From Rebecca billardiae RCC1528 (Eukaryota; Protista; Haptophyta): a stretch of 64,000 nt of DNA. The DNA lies in NCBI GenBank assembly GCA_965240325.2, contig OZ251237.1:372001-436000 (forward strand). Direction: 5' to 3'. The position numbers were made by a program, and so were the translations under genes. Under the pieces are notes generated by a model. The model did not search any database. It saw only the letters and a list, made by a program, of their open reading frames with translations, and had not been told where the DNA came from. Positions 20,463-32,784 of this stretch are shown here, piece by piece. The stretch's first letter is position 1. Every line of letters begins with the position of its first letter.

Positions 20463-21440
20463 TCAGTGCCAGACGCCGGCGTGGCCCGCGCGGTTCTGCG
20501 CACGGCGCGCACGGTGCGCACATGGTGCGCGTGCATGCGGGTCAGCGCGTGCGCGCGCGCGGCGGGCATACGACGCGGGCGCGCGCGCGGCGCCCACCTT
20601 TGGGTATCCCGTCAGCTTCGATGCGTTTTGGTACGGCTTGAACGCCTCGCGCGCCTCCGTGGACTTGAAGCGCTCGCGCATCACCTCGTTGCCAACGGTC
20701 CAGTCTTCCCGGTACTGCTCAATGTCGAAACCGGGGCGCTGGAAAGGCGGCGGACGCGGCTTGGGGTCGGTGACGTCCTTCGCCGCGGCCATCTGCGTGG
20801 TCTCGTACATGTTCTCCGCCGCCATGGACGGCGGCGGGCGGCTTGGCGGCGGCCCGTGCCACTTGTGTCCCAGCTTGGTGGTGGTCTCCCACCCGAGCGC
20901 ACGGCTCGGCAGCATCGTCGGCAGCTTCGAGTCGTCTGGCTCAAAGTCGGGGTGCGCGCGCTCCTCGGCCCAGTTTCCCTCCAGCACGTTCGAGTTGTAC
21001 GTGTTCACGCCAGCCACGTACCCCGACCAGTGCGCAAGCGGCGTGGCTGACTGGCGGAGCCCGTTCACCTGGATGGCCGTCGGGTGGTCCGGCACGTTTG
21101 TCGGCAGCGAGCGATCGTACACCTCTGCGTTCTGGGGCGGTGGGCGGGCGACTGGCGCGCGAGCGGGCGGGTGGTCGGCCTGCTCGTGACGCAGCAGCTC
21201 GGCATACGCCGCCTGCTTCTGCACCAGGCTGAGCGTCTGCGTGTGCGACTGCGTGGGCCGCGTGTAGGAGCTCCGGAATGCCGGCTCGACCATCGACATG
21301 CTGCCGGCCAGGGCTGCGCAGGGGGGCGGCGGGGAACGGTGGGCGCGGGTCAGGGCGCGAGGGAGCATCCGGGCGCGTTGCCGCCGCCAGCCCCCGCTCG
21401 CCCGCCAAGGGGCGCACGAGCACGGTGCAAGCGCGGACAT
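20463..21440 (-). CDS. Ciliary microtubule-inner-protein-like, GNW motif (introns 21301-21423, 20496-20597)
   Basis: YNSNVLEGNWAEER matches the GNW-type motif of CFAP107/CFAP68/CFAP95-like proteins. Confidence 0.6.
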   Translation of the reverse strand: MSALAPCSCAPWRASGGWRRQRARMLPRALTRAHRSPPPPCAALAGSMSMVEPAFRSSYTRPTQSHTQTLSLVQKQAAYAELLRHEQADHPPARAPVARPPPQNAEVYDRSLPTNVPDHPTAIQVNGLRQSATPLAHWSGYVAGVNTYNSNVLEGNWAEERAHPDFEPDDSKLPTMLPSRALGWETTTKLGHKWHGPPPSRPPPSMAAENMYETTQMAAAKDVTDPKPRPPPFQRPGFDIEQYREDWTVGNEVMRERFKSTEAREAFKPYQNASKLTGYPKVGAARAPASYARRARARADPHARAPCAHRARRAQNRAGHAGVWH

Positions 21441-21618
21441 GCTTGTCTTTGATCGAAACAGCCACGACTGCTCTTGGTCTTGCGGTCCGGGGACGCGACC
21501 CTCCCGCGCCAGCCGCCAGCTGGCCCTGCAGGACCGGACCGCTCGACCTGAGCAACCCCGATCACATCACAGGCTAACGCTCCGCCATCGTCGTCGCGAG
21601 CGGTTGGGAGGGGCTCGG

Positions 21619-22135
21619 ATGTCGACCGAAGAAGCGCAGGCGCAGGCGATCCTCGCCAAGCTGCAAAATCTGCGCGAGCAGCGGGAGCAGATCATCTCAA
21701 AGATCACCGAGCTCGACTCGCAGCACTCCGAGCATCAGCTTGTCATCGCGACGCTCGAGCCACTGCCACGCGATCGCCGGTGCTTCAGGTTGATCAATGA
21801 CGTGCTTGTGGAGAGGACCAACGAGGAGGTGCTCCAGGCGGTGCTGCAGAATCGGGACAGCGTACGCGCGCGTGGAGCCGCATGCGCGCGCGCGTGCACC
21901 CGCCGGAGCGCGGAAACGTGCCCCTGATCCCGCGCGCGCCTGCGCGCCCATCTGCCCGCAGCTGAAGAAGGCGATGGAGGAGATGGCGGAGATGCTCAAG
22001 GAGAAGGAGCGTGAGCTGCTCGAGCACGTCAAGAAGCACAACATCCGCCAGACCTCCGACCTGGGCGCTCTGAACGCGCGAGCTAACCAGCAGCCAGCGG
22101 CAGAAGCGCCGACCTCGGGCGGCGTGCTGGTGTAG
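21619..22135 (+). CDS. PFDN2: Prefoldin subunit 2 (intron 21862-21961)
   Basis: KITELDSQHSEHQLVIATLEPLPRDRRCFRLINDVLVERTNEEVL. Confidence 0.92.
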
Positions 22136-23095
22136 TGCATCCGACGATGAGGCGTGACACACTCGCTGCGCCGGCGCGGCGCCGCTGGCGCTGAACACGT
22201 GCGCGCGTGCGGCGGCGGCGGCAGCGCGGCGAGTTCATTGAATCACCATGTGCGTGATGCGGGTGGCATGCGGGCGGCGTTATTAATTATCACATCTAGT
22301 CATTATTGGACTCATTCTATGATTTAACGACACAGGTAGGACGGCGCAGGTCTCCTAGGTCTCCTGATGGCTGATTCGTCGTCGGCAGTGCCCGATCGTC
22401 GACGAAGTCGGCGCTGGTGGCAGAGCATAGCCTGAACCGCGATCGAATAATGGCTTGAGCGCGGCCTTGGGCTGCTGGAGCGCGATCCACCTGCGCTGCG
22501 CGGCTCGCATGGACCCGTGCTGTGCCCCGAGCAGTCCGACTGTGGCTCGGGAGGCACAGCACGCGAGCAGTCGGACTGCTCGAATGCAGTCGGACTGCTC
22601 GAGCAGTCATAAAATTGTGCCTTATGTGCGGCACACTCTAGTTAGTCACTAGTCAGATTTCTGTGTCGTCGACTACTATAATTATAACGACGACTCAATT
22701 TTATGACCATATTGATCATGTACTATATCCGCCCGTAATATCCGTGACGCACGGTGAGTGAGACTGCCACGAGAGGGGGGGGTGTATAGTGCATCCGACG
22801 ATGAGGCGTGACACACTCGCTGCGCCGGCGCGGCGCCGCTGGCGCTGAACACGAGTCGGCGTGCGCCCGCGTGCGGGCGGCGGCGGCAGCGCGGCGAGTT
22901 CAAAGTTGTTTCAAATCACCATGCGCGTGATGCGGGTTCTTAGGCATGCGGGCGGCGTTATTAATTCACATCTAGTAGTCAGACTAGTCACTGTCACACT
23001 CTGTCGTCACTAATATAATAATAACGACTCTATGATCTACAATATGTAAGGCTATCCCGTATCCGTGACGCACGGTGAGTGAGACTGCCACGAGA
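22130..23095 (+). repeat. Imperfect tandem duplication (~310 bp) of the PFDN2 3' flank; copy 1 is interrupted by a ~330-bp insertion (~22303-22635)
   Basis: TAGTGCATCCGACGATGAGGCGTGACACACTCGC.. at ~22133 and ~22787; TCCGTGACGCACGGTGAGTGAGACTGCCACGAGAG at 22741 and 23062. Confidence 0.85.
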
Positions 23096-23480
23096 GTGAG
23101 ACCGAGCGCTCGATATCTGATTCTGAGTCCCCCGATCGACCGCGCCGATGATGTCTGATGACGACGACTCCGCCGATCGCCCGATGAGACTCTCGGGCTC
23201 GGCTCGCGCGATATGCCGGGCCGCCGGCCGATGATGCCGGCGGTGACGTCGACACGCGATGATAGCTTAAGTAGCGCGCGGATGCGCTACTAATTAGTAC
23301 TACTAAGGCAGACAGAATAAAGGCTATTAAGCCGCTGGCGGAGTCATATACTCATGTCACTGAGTGATGACTGAGTCACGCATCAGACTCATCAGTCTCA
23401 GAGTCAGACCGTTAATTTGCATCGTCACACTCACAGCCGATCAGCGGCTACAGTCATCAGCGTCCGTCCACGCTGCATCG

Positions 23481-25752
23481 TCATTTGATGATGCTGCTTG
23501 TCGCCGCTGCTGCTGCTGCTTTCCGCGCCGCGCCACTCGTCTTTGCTCGGCGCGTCAGCAGCGGGTCGAGCCGGCCGGGCGGGTTCGCCATGCGCGCCAC
23601 GTCACGTCGCCCCTTCGCGTCGCTCGCGTCCACGTCGAACCGCTGCAGCAGCTTGAACAGCCCGCTGCCGAGAGCGATGGGCTGGCCCATGATGATCGCC
23701 TCGCTCACGCCGCTGATGTGCGCCGCGCGCCGACGCGGGGGGAGTGCGCGCGTGAGCCGGCTGCACGGCGCGGTGGGTGGCGCGGGCAGTGGGCGAGCAC
23801 GGCGCACCTGATGGCATCGCGCTGCGCCGCCGCGGCCGCCGCGAAGAGATGGTCCGTCGTTCGCTCGACTGCGTGCGCGGTGCGGCGCGGCGTGCGCGGC
23901 GGCGTGCGCGGGCGCGATGAGCGGGGCGCCGCGCACACGCGGCGCGCAGCGCGGCGGGCCGGGTGCGCGCCGGCGCGCGCGCGGCAGCGGCAGCAGGTGG
24001 CAGCGGCACCGCGCGAGAAGGCGGGCGTGGGCAGCCGGGCGGCGCGCCCTGCGCCACGCGGCGCGGCGCGGCGTACAAGAAGCGAGCCTGCGCAGCGCAC
24101 GCGCGGCGCGCGCTGCCGCGTGAGCCACGCCTCGCGCGGGGGCGCGCGCCGCCGCGCCGCACTGGCGCACGCGGCGCGGCGCGCGCACATCAGCACGGAC
24201 GAGCGCATCTTGGCCACGCCGAAGCGCGTGATGCCTGCCGGGCGCGCCGCCGAGGGCAGGGCGCGGCGGCGCGGCGGGCACGCGATGAGCGAGCGCTCGG
24301 CGGCGCGCACGCCTGCCGACAGCCTTCCGCCCCACCGCCGCGGCCGGCAGCCCCGCACCGAGCACTTCGCCGTGGCTCGTCATCACGTCCGCGAGCAGCT
24401 GGATGTGTCTGCGCGGCCGAGCGGCAAGCCGTGGCGCGGGGCGGGCGCAGGCGACGCGCGCGGCGGGCAGTGCGCGCGCGGGAGAGTGGCCGAGACCGAG
24501 AGGGAGGCGGCGACGGGCGTGAGAGCGGCGCTCGGGCGCACGGCCGGTGACAGGCGCGCCCCCGCCGCGCGCCGTCCGCGCGCGCGCGCGCGCGCACCGC
24601 GTGTCAATATCCATCCCGTGCTGGCCCATCGTGTAGTTGATCTCGGAGATGATGGTCGCGCGCGCCGCCTCGATCCCCAGCGTGCGCTCGACCTCGAGCA
24701 CGTGGTTGGACGTGGTGCTGGTGCCGCGCACGCCGGGCGTGCCCATCACGGCCGTCAGGCCGACGCCCTCGACCAGCAGCTTGAACGACTTCTTCGAGTC
24801 CGGCCCGGCGCCCTCGCCGGACTTCTCGTTGATCACCGCGCGCTCGACCGTCGGGATGCCCGTGGCGATCATGCCCATCAGCGTCGCCTTGAGCTGCTGC
24901 AGCTCGAACCAGAGCAGCGACGCGCCCATCGCGGCCGCGCTCGACGGCTGCAGCCGGCGCGCGAGCGAGGGCGCGACGTGGATCGTCTCTGCGTCCACGC
25001 GCTGCACGGTCACGCCGCGCAGCTTGGGGTGGCCGGCGGAGAGCAGCGACGCGACGCGCTCCACGTCCACGTTGAGCTGCAGCGCCTCGATCTGCTCGAG
25101 GTCGAGCTGCAGCCGCACGTACGGCGCGTCCCGCTCGATCACGACGGCGACCGACTTGCACACGCCGCCGATGGGCGTCTTCTCCACGCGGCCCTTCACG
25201 ATGCGCGCGGTGCGCACGCACGTCTCGTTCTCGAGCTCGGCGGTGATGATCGGCGTGGAGATGTTGCGCGCGCCGTTCACGATCTCCTTGATGCGCGGCA
25301 CGCCGAGCGTGATGTTCATCGACGCGACGCCCGCGAAGTGGAACGTCTTGAGCGTCATCTGCGTGCCCGGCTCGCCGATCGACTGCGCGCCGATCGCGCC
25401 GACGGCCGAGCCGGGCTCGATGCGCGTGCGCTGCAGCCGGCCGAGGCACTTGCGCACGAACGCGACGAGGCGCGTGCGGCCGATGCAGCCGAGCCGCTGC
25501 CGCAGCAGCGCGGCCAGCTCGGGGTCGGACGCCGCGTCGCCGCCGAGCACGCCGTCGTGCGTGTCCGCGAGCACGCCGACAAAGCTCTCGATCTCCGAGT
25601 GCAGCCGCAGGATCGACGGGTCGTCCTCGCCGCCGGCGTGCGCGCTCATGCGGTGCTCCGCGGCGAGCGCCGCCTCCACCTCCGCGCGCACCACCGCGAG
25701 CATCTCCTCGCGGCACAGCAGCGCGTCGCCCGCCGCGTCGGCGGCGGCGGTC

Positions 25753-25794
<42 letters not shown>

Positions 25795-28700
25795 GCGCGG
25801 CCGCCCGCGCGCGCGCCGCCCGCGCGCGCGCCGCCCGCGCGCGGCGCGCGCGCGCCGCCGGGCGCGGGCGCGGCGGCGGCGGCGGCGATCTCGGCGTCGC
25901 TCAGGTGCGCGAGCGTGCGCGCCAGGTCGATCGGCCGGCCGCCCGCCGCCTCCATGTGCGCCGGGTCGAGGCCGTCGTCGCCGTAGCGCAGCTGCACGAC
26001 CGCGCCCTCCGAGTTGCGCACCGTGCCGTCGTAGTGCACGTGCAGGTCCTCGAGCGCCTTCATCAGCCGGCGCTGCATGTAGCCGGTCTCCGCCGTCTTG
26101 ACGGCCGTGTCGACCAGCCCCTCGCGCCCGCCCATCGTGTGGAAGAAGCACTCGCACGGGCCCAGCCCCGAGAAGAAGGAGGCGGAGACGAAGCCCTTCG
26201 CCATCGGCTCGCGCGAGTTGCGCGCAAAGTGCGGCAGCGCGCGCTGCGTGAAGCCGTCGGGCACGCGCTTGCCCGAGACGGTCTGCTGCCCGACGCACGC
26301 GATCATCTGCGAGATGTTGATGTCCGAGCCCTTCGAGCCGCACACCGCCATGATGAGCGGCGCGTTCAGCCAGTGCAGCTCGCCCTTGCACATCTTGCCC
26401 GCGTCCGCGCGGATCGCGGAGAGCACGCCGTTGATCTTCGCCTCGAGCGTCTGCTCCGGGTTGCACCCGGGCGCGGGCGTGAGCTCGCCCGCGCGGAACT
26501 GGCGGATGAGCTCGGCGCACTGCGCCTGCCCGTTCGCCACGAGCTCCGCCTTGCGCGCCTCGAGCGAGGCCGACGGCGTCACGTCCGAGATGCCAATCGA
26601 GAAGCCGTGCCCGGCGAGGAAGCGGCTGGTGAGCTTGGCGAGGCGGCCCATCGCGAGCCCGGCGGCGACGGGCGAGAGCTGGCGCAGCAGCACGGCGAAG
26701 AGCGAGTCGCGCGAGCCCGAGCCCACGACCGACTTGTCGAGCACGCCCGCGAGGTGCTCCGAGTCGTCGATCACCACCCAGCCGTCGGCGGGGCACATGA
26801 TGCCGGGCGCGCTCGGCGAGCGCCCCGTGTACGATCGGTTCCGCCCCTCCACCCACGCGCACACGGCGGAGCGCTTGCTCGGGCGCAGCAGCACGGTGAC
26901 GAGCTGCTTCCCCGTCCACAGCTCGACCGGCTTGAGCAGCGCGGGCGGCGGCAGCTCCACCGCCTCCGCGCCGTCCGCGCAGTACGCGCACAGCTGCGCG
27001 AACTTGTCGCGCGGCATGAAGACGTTCTTGCGCGTGAGCAGAAACGCTCCCGTGATGAAGTCCTGCGTCGCCGCGATGATGGGCTCGCCGTTGCGCGGCG
27101 TGACGATGTTGCGCATCACGCCCATCAGCTCGGCCGCCTCCGCGCGCGCCTCCTCCGTCTGCGGCAGGTGCACGTTCATCTCGTCCCCGTCGAAGTCCGC
27201 GTTGTACGGCGCGCACACGCACTCGTTGAAGCGGAACGTGCGCGACGGCATCACGCGCGCGCGGTGAGCCATGATGGACAGCTTGTGCAGCGAGGGCTGC
27301 CGGTTGAAGAGCACGACGTCGCCGCCGCGCAGGTGGCGCTCGACCGTGTCGCCCACGCGCAGCTCCGCCGCCGCGCGCCGCCGGTCGCCGTACTTGAGCG
27401 AGCGCTTCGTCCCGTCCGCGCCCTCGACGTAGTTGGCGCCCGGGTGCATCTCCGGCCCGTTCAGCACGAGCCGGCGCAGCAGCGAGAGGTTGTGCGCGCA
27501 CGCGCGCTCGGGGTACGTGAGCACCTGCGCGATGTGCAGCGGGATGCACACCTCGTGGATCCCGACGTTCGGGTCGGGCGAGATCACCGTGCGCGCCGAG
27601 AAGTCCACGCGCTTGCCCGAGAGGTTGCCGCGGAAGCGCCCGGTCTTGCCCTTGAGCCGCTGGCACAGCGAGCGGATCGGCTTGCGGTCGTACGTCGACG
27701 GCAGCCCGGGCACCTGCGAGTTGAAGTACATCGCCACCTGGATCTGCAGGAAGTCCCAGTCCTCCACGAGCGTCGAGACCGGCGCGCCGCCGTTGCGCGC
27801 GTGCCGCAGGATGTTGTTCACGTGGATGATCTCTGCGCGGCACACACACACGCACGCACACGCACACACAGCGAGCGAGCAAGAGCGCGCGCGCGGCGCG
27901 GCGCGGCGCGGGAGGCCGGGGCGTGGGCGGTGGGCGGGCGGAGCGGCGGGGGCGAGCGTGGGGCGGTGAGCACGCGCGGCGCGCGCGGCACGGAGGCGTG
28001 GCGGTGGCCACGCGATGGTGGCGGCACGGCAGCGGCGCGGCGGCGGCGCGCGGCGGCGCGCACCGGACAGCTGCGGCGGTGCCGAGAGTGGCGCGCGCGC
28101 GACGCGCGAGCGCGAGCGCGGGCGCGGGCGCGGGCACGCGCGCGCGCGCGCGCGAGCAGGGGCGGCGTGAGCACAGCGCGCGCCACGGCGCGCACCCGCC
28201 CCGTGCCTTCCCCCGCGCGCACGCACGCGCACGCGCTGAGCCTCCACGCGCCGCGCGCGTGCCTTGATGGTGAGGTCGTCCTCGTTGGAGCCGACCGACG
28301 CGTCCATCAACACAGACGGGCGGATGCACACGGGCGGCACGAGCAGCGCGGAGACGAGGAGGTGCTCGGGCCGCGCCTCGGAGGCGTGCATGTTGAGCAG
28401 CACCACGTCGGCCGTCGGGATGTTCTGCAGCAGCTTCTGCACGCGCAGCGGGTTGAGCTCGTCCGCCGCCTTCGCCACCAGCGGCTCGAGCTCCGGGTTG
28501 TGTGCGGCCGCGTGCTCAAACGACGCGTGGAACGCGCGCGCCTCGTCGCCGCGCGCGTCGCGGTAGCGCTCGTGCACGATCTTCATGCACCCCGCCTTCT
28601 TGACGAGCCCGTTGGTCGCGCCGCAGTGCGGGCACTGCGTCACCTTCTTGCACCGCTCGTTCACCTTCTTCACGACCGCGCGCCGCCGCAGCGGGTCGGC

Positions 28701-29271
28701 GCCCGCCGGCCCGGAGAGCGCCTTGGCAAACGGCCGGCGCTGGTGCGCGTCGAGGAGCAGCCGCGCGCACGTCTTGCACACGCACTGCAGCACGAGGATC
28801 ATGTGCCGAAAGTAGCCCACGTGGTACACGGGCAGCTCGAGCTTCACCACGCCAAAGTGGCCCGGGCACTGCCGCCGCGCGGCGCGCGGCGGCGCACGCG
28901 ACGACGCGCGCGCGGCGCGCGTGAGCGAGCGAGCGAGGAGCGCGCGGCGCGGCGGGCAGGCGGCGAGGCGCGGCGCACGCGCATACATCCGCGAGCATCT
29001 TGCCGCACGTGAGGCACGTGCCCTTCTTGTCGGACACGCCGAGCCGGCGGTCGAGCACGCCGTTCACCTGCGGCGTGCGCACCGGCAGGTTGTAGAGCTC
29101 GCGGTTGAGCACGTGCAGCTCGGAGAGCCGCTCGGCCTCGCCGTCGCGCATCAGCCCAAAGTTCACCGCCGCCACCTTCTTGGGCACATCCGTGTCCCGC
29201 AGCACCTCCTTCCGAAGCAGCGTCGGCGGCGGCCGCCCGGCCCCTGCCGGGAGCGGCGGCATCGTGCTCAT
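23481..29271 (-). CDS. RPC1: RNA polymerase III largest subunit; exons 28987-29271, 28263-28868, 28064-28070, 24598-27832, 24359-24408, 24189-24234, 24077-24087, 23808-23868, 23481-23712
   Basis: [75 protein letters not shown]; no CTD heptads. Confidence 0.96.
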
Positions 29272-29402
29272 CGCTCGGCCAGGCTCTTTGGGCCGGTCGG
29301 CGTGCGTCCGGGTGCGCAGCCTGCGGCATCACTGATCGTCGTCGGCCCTCGCTGCTCTCGGCGACAGGCCGGACTGCGCGCTCACGCATCATCATCGAGA
29401 AG

Positions 29403-31396
29403 ATGCCGGCTGCGCTGGCGATGGCAGCGGCGCTCGTGTCCGCGGTGCTCCGGCCCACGGCGGCCCTGGCATCGGCTGGCCGGCGCACAGTGGTGCATGT
29501 GCGTGCGTGTGCCATCGCATACCCTCCGCCGCCGCGCCGAGGCCCCGCCGCGGCCTCGTGCACCGGGGGCGTGCGCGCGCGCATCGCTGATGACGCTTTC
29601 GCGCGCGCGGGCGCAGGCACACCACACGAGCTCCTCGCGGCTGGTGCAGCCGCTGCACCGCGTCGTGAGCGACCACGCGAGTCGATCCACTGCCATCCGT
29701 GCGATGACCACCACCGCGGCCGCCGGTGGCCGCTCCCTCATCAGTGACGACCCCGAAAACAACGTGACGCCGTACATTGAGAAGCTGGTGGGTCGCAACC
29801 TGCACCTGATGGAGAGCCACCCGCTGAATATCATCAAGCGCAAGATCGAGGGGTACTTCGAGTCGCTCGACCAGGGCTTCGAAACCTTCGACGCGCTCGA
29901 TCCGGGTACGGCCCACGCCATGCGCGTCCGCCGCGCGCGCGCGCGTGCCGCGCGGGGCGGCGCGCATGGCCCACCACCCATCGTGCTCGCGCGCGGCCGC
30001 GCTCGCGCGCGCAGTCGTCACGACGATCGCCTGCTTTGACGACCTCAACATCCCAGAGGGTGCGTCGCGCCGCTGCTCTGCGCGCGCGCCGTCGCACCCC
30101 TGCGCGCGCGCGCCCAACGCTCGGCCCTCGCGCGCGCGCCCCGCGCGCCCACTGCGGCGCCAGGCCACCCGGCGCGCAAGCCTTCGGACACCTACTACAT
30201 CTCCAAAGACTCGCTGCTGCGCACGCACACCTCCGCGCACCAGTCGGAGCTGATGCGCGCGGGGCACGAGCGGTTTCTGTGCACGGGCGACGTGTACCGC
30301 CGCGACGAGATCGACGTGCGCGCCGCGCCGCCGCCGGGCCCGCCTGCCGCGCGCCGCGCGACGAGGCTGACCCGACCCGCGCCCACCTCGCTCGCGCCTC
30401 GGCCGCCAGGCGTCGCACTACCCCGCGTTCCACCAGATGGAGGGCGTGAAGCTGCTGGGCGTGGACGAGGTGCCCTCCGACCTGAGCCGCGAGGAGTGGC
30501 TCGCCTCCGAGCACTGCGAGCGCGTGGCCGACGACCTGAAGACGGTGCTGGAGGGCATGGTCGACGAGCTCTTCGGGCCGGTCGAGAAGCGCTGGGTCGA
30601 GGTGAGAGCGCGCGCGCGCGCGCGGGTGTGTGCGGCGGGGGGCGCCCAGGCCGCGCGCGCACGCGTGTGGCGGGGCGCCGGGCTCGGCCGCGCTCACGCA
30701 CGCCCCCCGCGCGCGGCCGCCCGCGCGCTGCAGGCGTACTTCCCCTTCACCGAGCCGTCGCTCGAGCTCGAGATTTTCTTCCAGGGCGACTGGCTCGAGG
30801 TGCTCGGCTGCGGGGTGATCCACTCGGAGGTGCTCTCGCGCTGCGAGCTGTCGCACCGGCGCGGCTGGGCGTTCGGGCTCGGGCTCGAGCGGCTCGCGAT
30901 GATCCTCTTCCAGGTGCCCGACATCCGCCTCTTCTGGACGACCGACGAGCGCTTCCACTCGCAGTTCAAGTCGGGCGAGGTCGTGCAGTTCCAGCCGTAC
31001 AGCAAGTTCCCCGAGTGCTACAAGGACGTCACCTTCTGGGTGCCGGAGGGCTTCGAGGAGAACGACTTCATGGAGCTGTGCCGCGAGGTGCGCGCGCGGG
31101 GGAGGAGAGCGGGGCGCGCGGGCGCGCCGGGCGTGCCCGCCACGCACGCGCCGACCCCGCCCCACCGACCGCCCCGCCCCGCCCGCGCGCGCGGCCGTCC
31201 GCAGTACGGCGGCGACCTGATGGAGAGCGTCAAGTGCATCGACACGTTCACGCACCCCAAGCACGGGCGCACGTCCATGTGCTACCGCATCTCGTACAGG
31301 TCGATGGACCGCTCGCTCGAGAACGCCGAGATCGACGAGATCCAGTTCAAGCTGCGCGACCGGGTCGAGCAGGCGCTGGGCGTCGAGCTGCGCTGA
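29403..31396 (+). CDS. FARS2: Organellar monomeric phenylalanyl-tRNA synthetase with C-terminal FDX-ACB domain (~7 introns)
   Basis: [60 protein letters not shown]. Confidence 0.95.
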
Positions 31397-31929
31397 GCGC
31401 AGCTCGACCAGCAAACCCGGCGTGTCGGTGTTCGCTCGGCGGGCTCAGCCCACGTGTGGGTGGCCTCCTCACGCCTGCGGATTGGCCTCTCATCACAGTG
31501 CGCTCGGCCACGCCCGCTGCGCCCGCCGCGCTGAATCTGGCCGCGGTCGACGGCGTGGCCGTGCGGGCGACCCGGCCGCAACGCCACTGACGGCCCAGCT
31601 CTATGTTGCAGCGCATGGGCCGGAGGTGGAATCCGACCAATCCGGATCAGCCATCAGGCCGAGGAATCACCGGGGCGATCAGGCCATGGGACAAAATCAG
31701 GGACATGCAATGCTGCATGCTAGGTCATCATTGGGTCCAGCTGTGGGGCTCAGCCGCGTCGGGCGTCGGCACGAGCCATGTCTCGTTTAAAAGTTATCTA
31801 AGTTGTGCACCAATCCGTGTCGTCCGTGGATCACCAAGTTGTGCTTGCAGCACGTGGCCCACGTGTGATGCGGCACCCGAGTGAGACGGTCAGCAGTCGG
31901 GCGGCCCCATGGCCATGACGGCCGTGCCC

Positions 31930-32023
31930 ATCGGTCAATCGGATGTCTCAAATGTGCTCTTTGAGACATCCGATTGACCGATTGGATGTCTCAAAGACAT
32001 CCAATCGATTGGATGTCTTTGAG
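31930..32023. repeat. Adjacent palindromes built from one motif: 23-bp inverted repeat (31930-31982) and 34-bp perfect palindrome (31990-32023)
   Basis: ATCGGTCAATCGGATGTCTCAAA-N7-TTTGAGACATCCGATTGACCGAT; CTCAAAGACATCCAATCGATTGGATGTCTTTGAG. Confidence 0.95.
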
Positions 32024-32078
32024 GTGGCAATCGGTCAATGTTCACTCCTGCTTCCTGCTTGTGAACGGCGGGACGGGA

Positions 32079-32643
32079 TCAATGATGGTGGCTGCTGGCG
32101 ACAGCGGCGATGATCTCCTCCACCTTCTCCTCGTCCTGCATGTATTCGAGATCTGGAGCAAACCGCTGCAGCTCGGAGCGCAGCTCGTCGGCATCGACGT
32201 GATCGTAGTGGTGCTCGAGGCCCCAGAAGGCGAGGCCGTCCACCTGGGGGGGCGTGCGTCGGGTGTGTGGCGTCAGACTCGCGCGCGCGGTGTGACGTCA
32301 GACTCATCGCTCCGTCCCGCCCCCAGGTGGACGGCCTCGCCTTCTGGGGCGATGGGCACGCGTATGAGTGCGCGCGCCGTCTGCGTCCGCACGAGCGCAC
32401 CCTCGTCGCGCGCTCACGAGCGCATACCTTCGCCCGATAGAAGATCCACAGCCACATCATGGCACCGCACGCGCGAGCAGCCGACGTATGCCAGAAGCCC
32501 GGCAGGTGCGGCTCGACGCCACGATAAGGCCCCTCGCCATAACCCTTCGGACCACTCGGGGCGGCGAGCTGCCGAACGCGCAGGCCGCTCGAGCGCACCG
32601 CCAGAGGCGTGCGGGCCGCTGCTGCGAGCCTGCCGAGCAACAT
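32079..32643 (-). CDS. NDUFB2: Mitochondrial complex I subunit NDUFB2 (AGGG)-like; exons 32428-32643 and 32079-32243
   Basis: Presequence followed by WHTSAARACGAMMWLWIFYRAK|VDGLAFWGLEHH, the NDUFB2 pattern. Confidence 0.75.
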
Positions 32644-32784
32644 CGCCCTCCTCGTCGAGCTGCTCGACCGAGATCGCAAGTCCGGACAGCTGCAGGCGGA
32701 ACTGCGGCAAGACGCCCCCACAGTCCCGGACACTGGACGGCCCCAGATCGTTGCGACTCGTCGTCGTCGGCCAAGACGCTCACC

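Noticed and set aside
25740-25890. Possible extra intron in RPC1 (poly-Ala/GC tract)
   Set aside because: In frame with no convincing donor/acceptor pair; treated as a low-complexity insertion, unresolved.
23364-29012. 1882-aa plus-strand ORF and many other long overlapping Arg/Ala-rich ORFs
   Set aside because: These are antisense or off-frame shadows of real genes, caused by stop-codon scarcity at very high GC.
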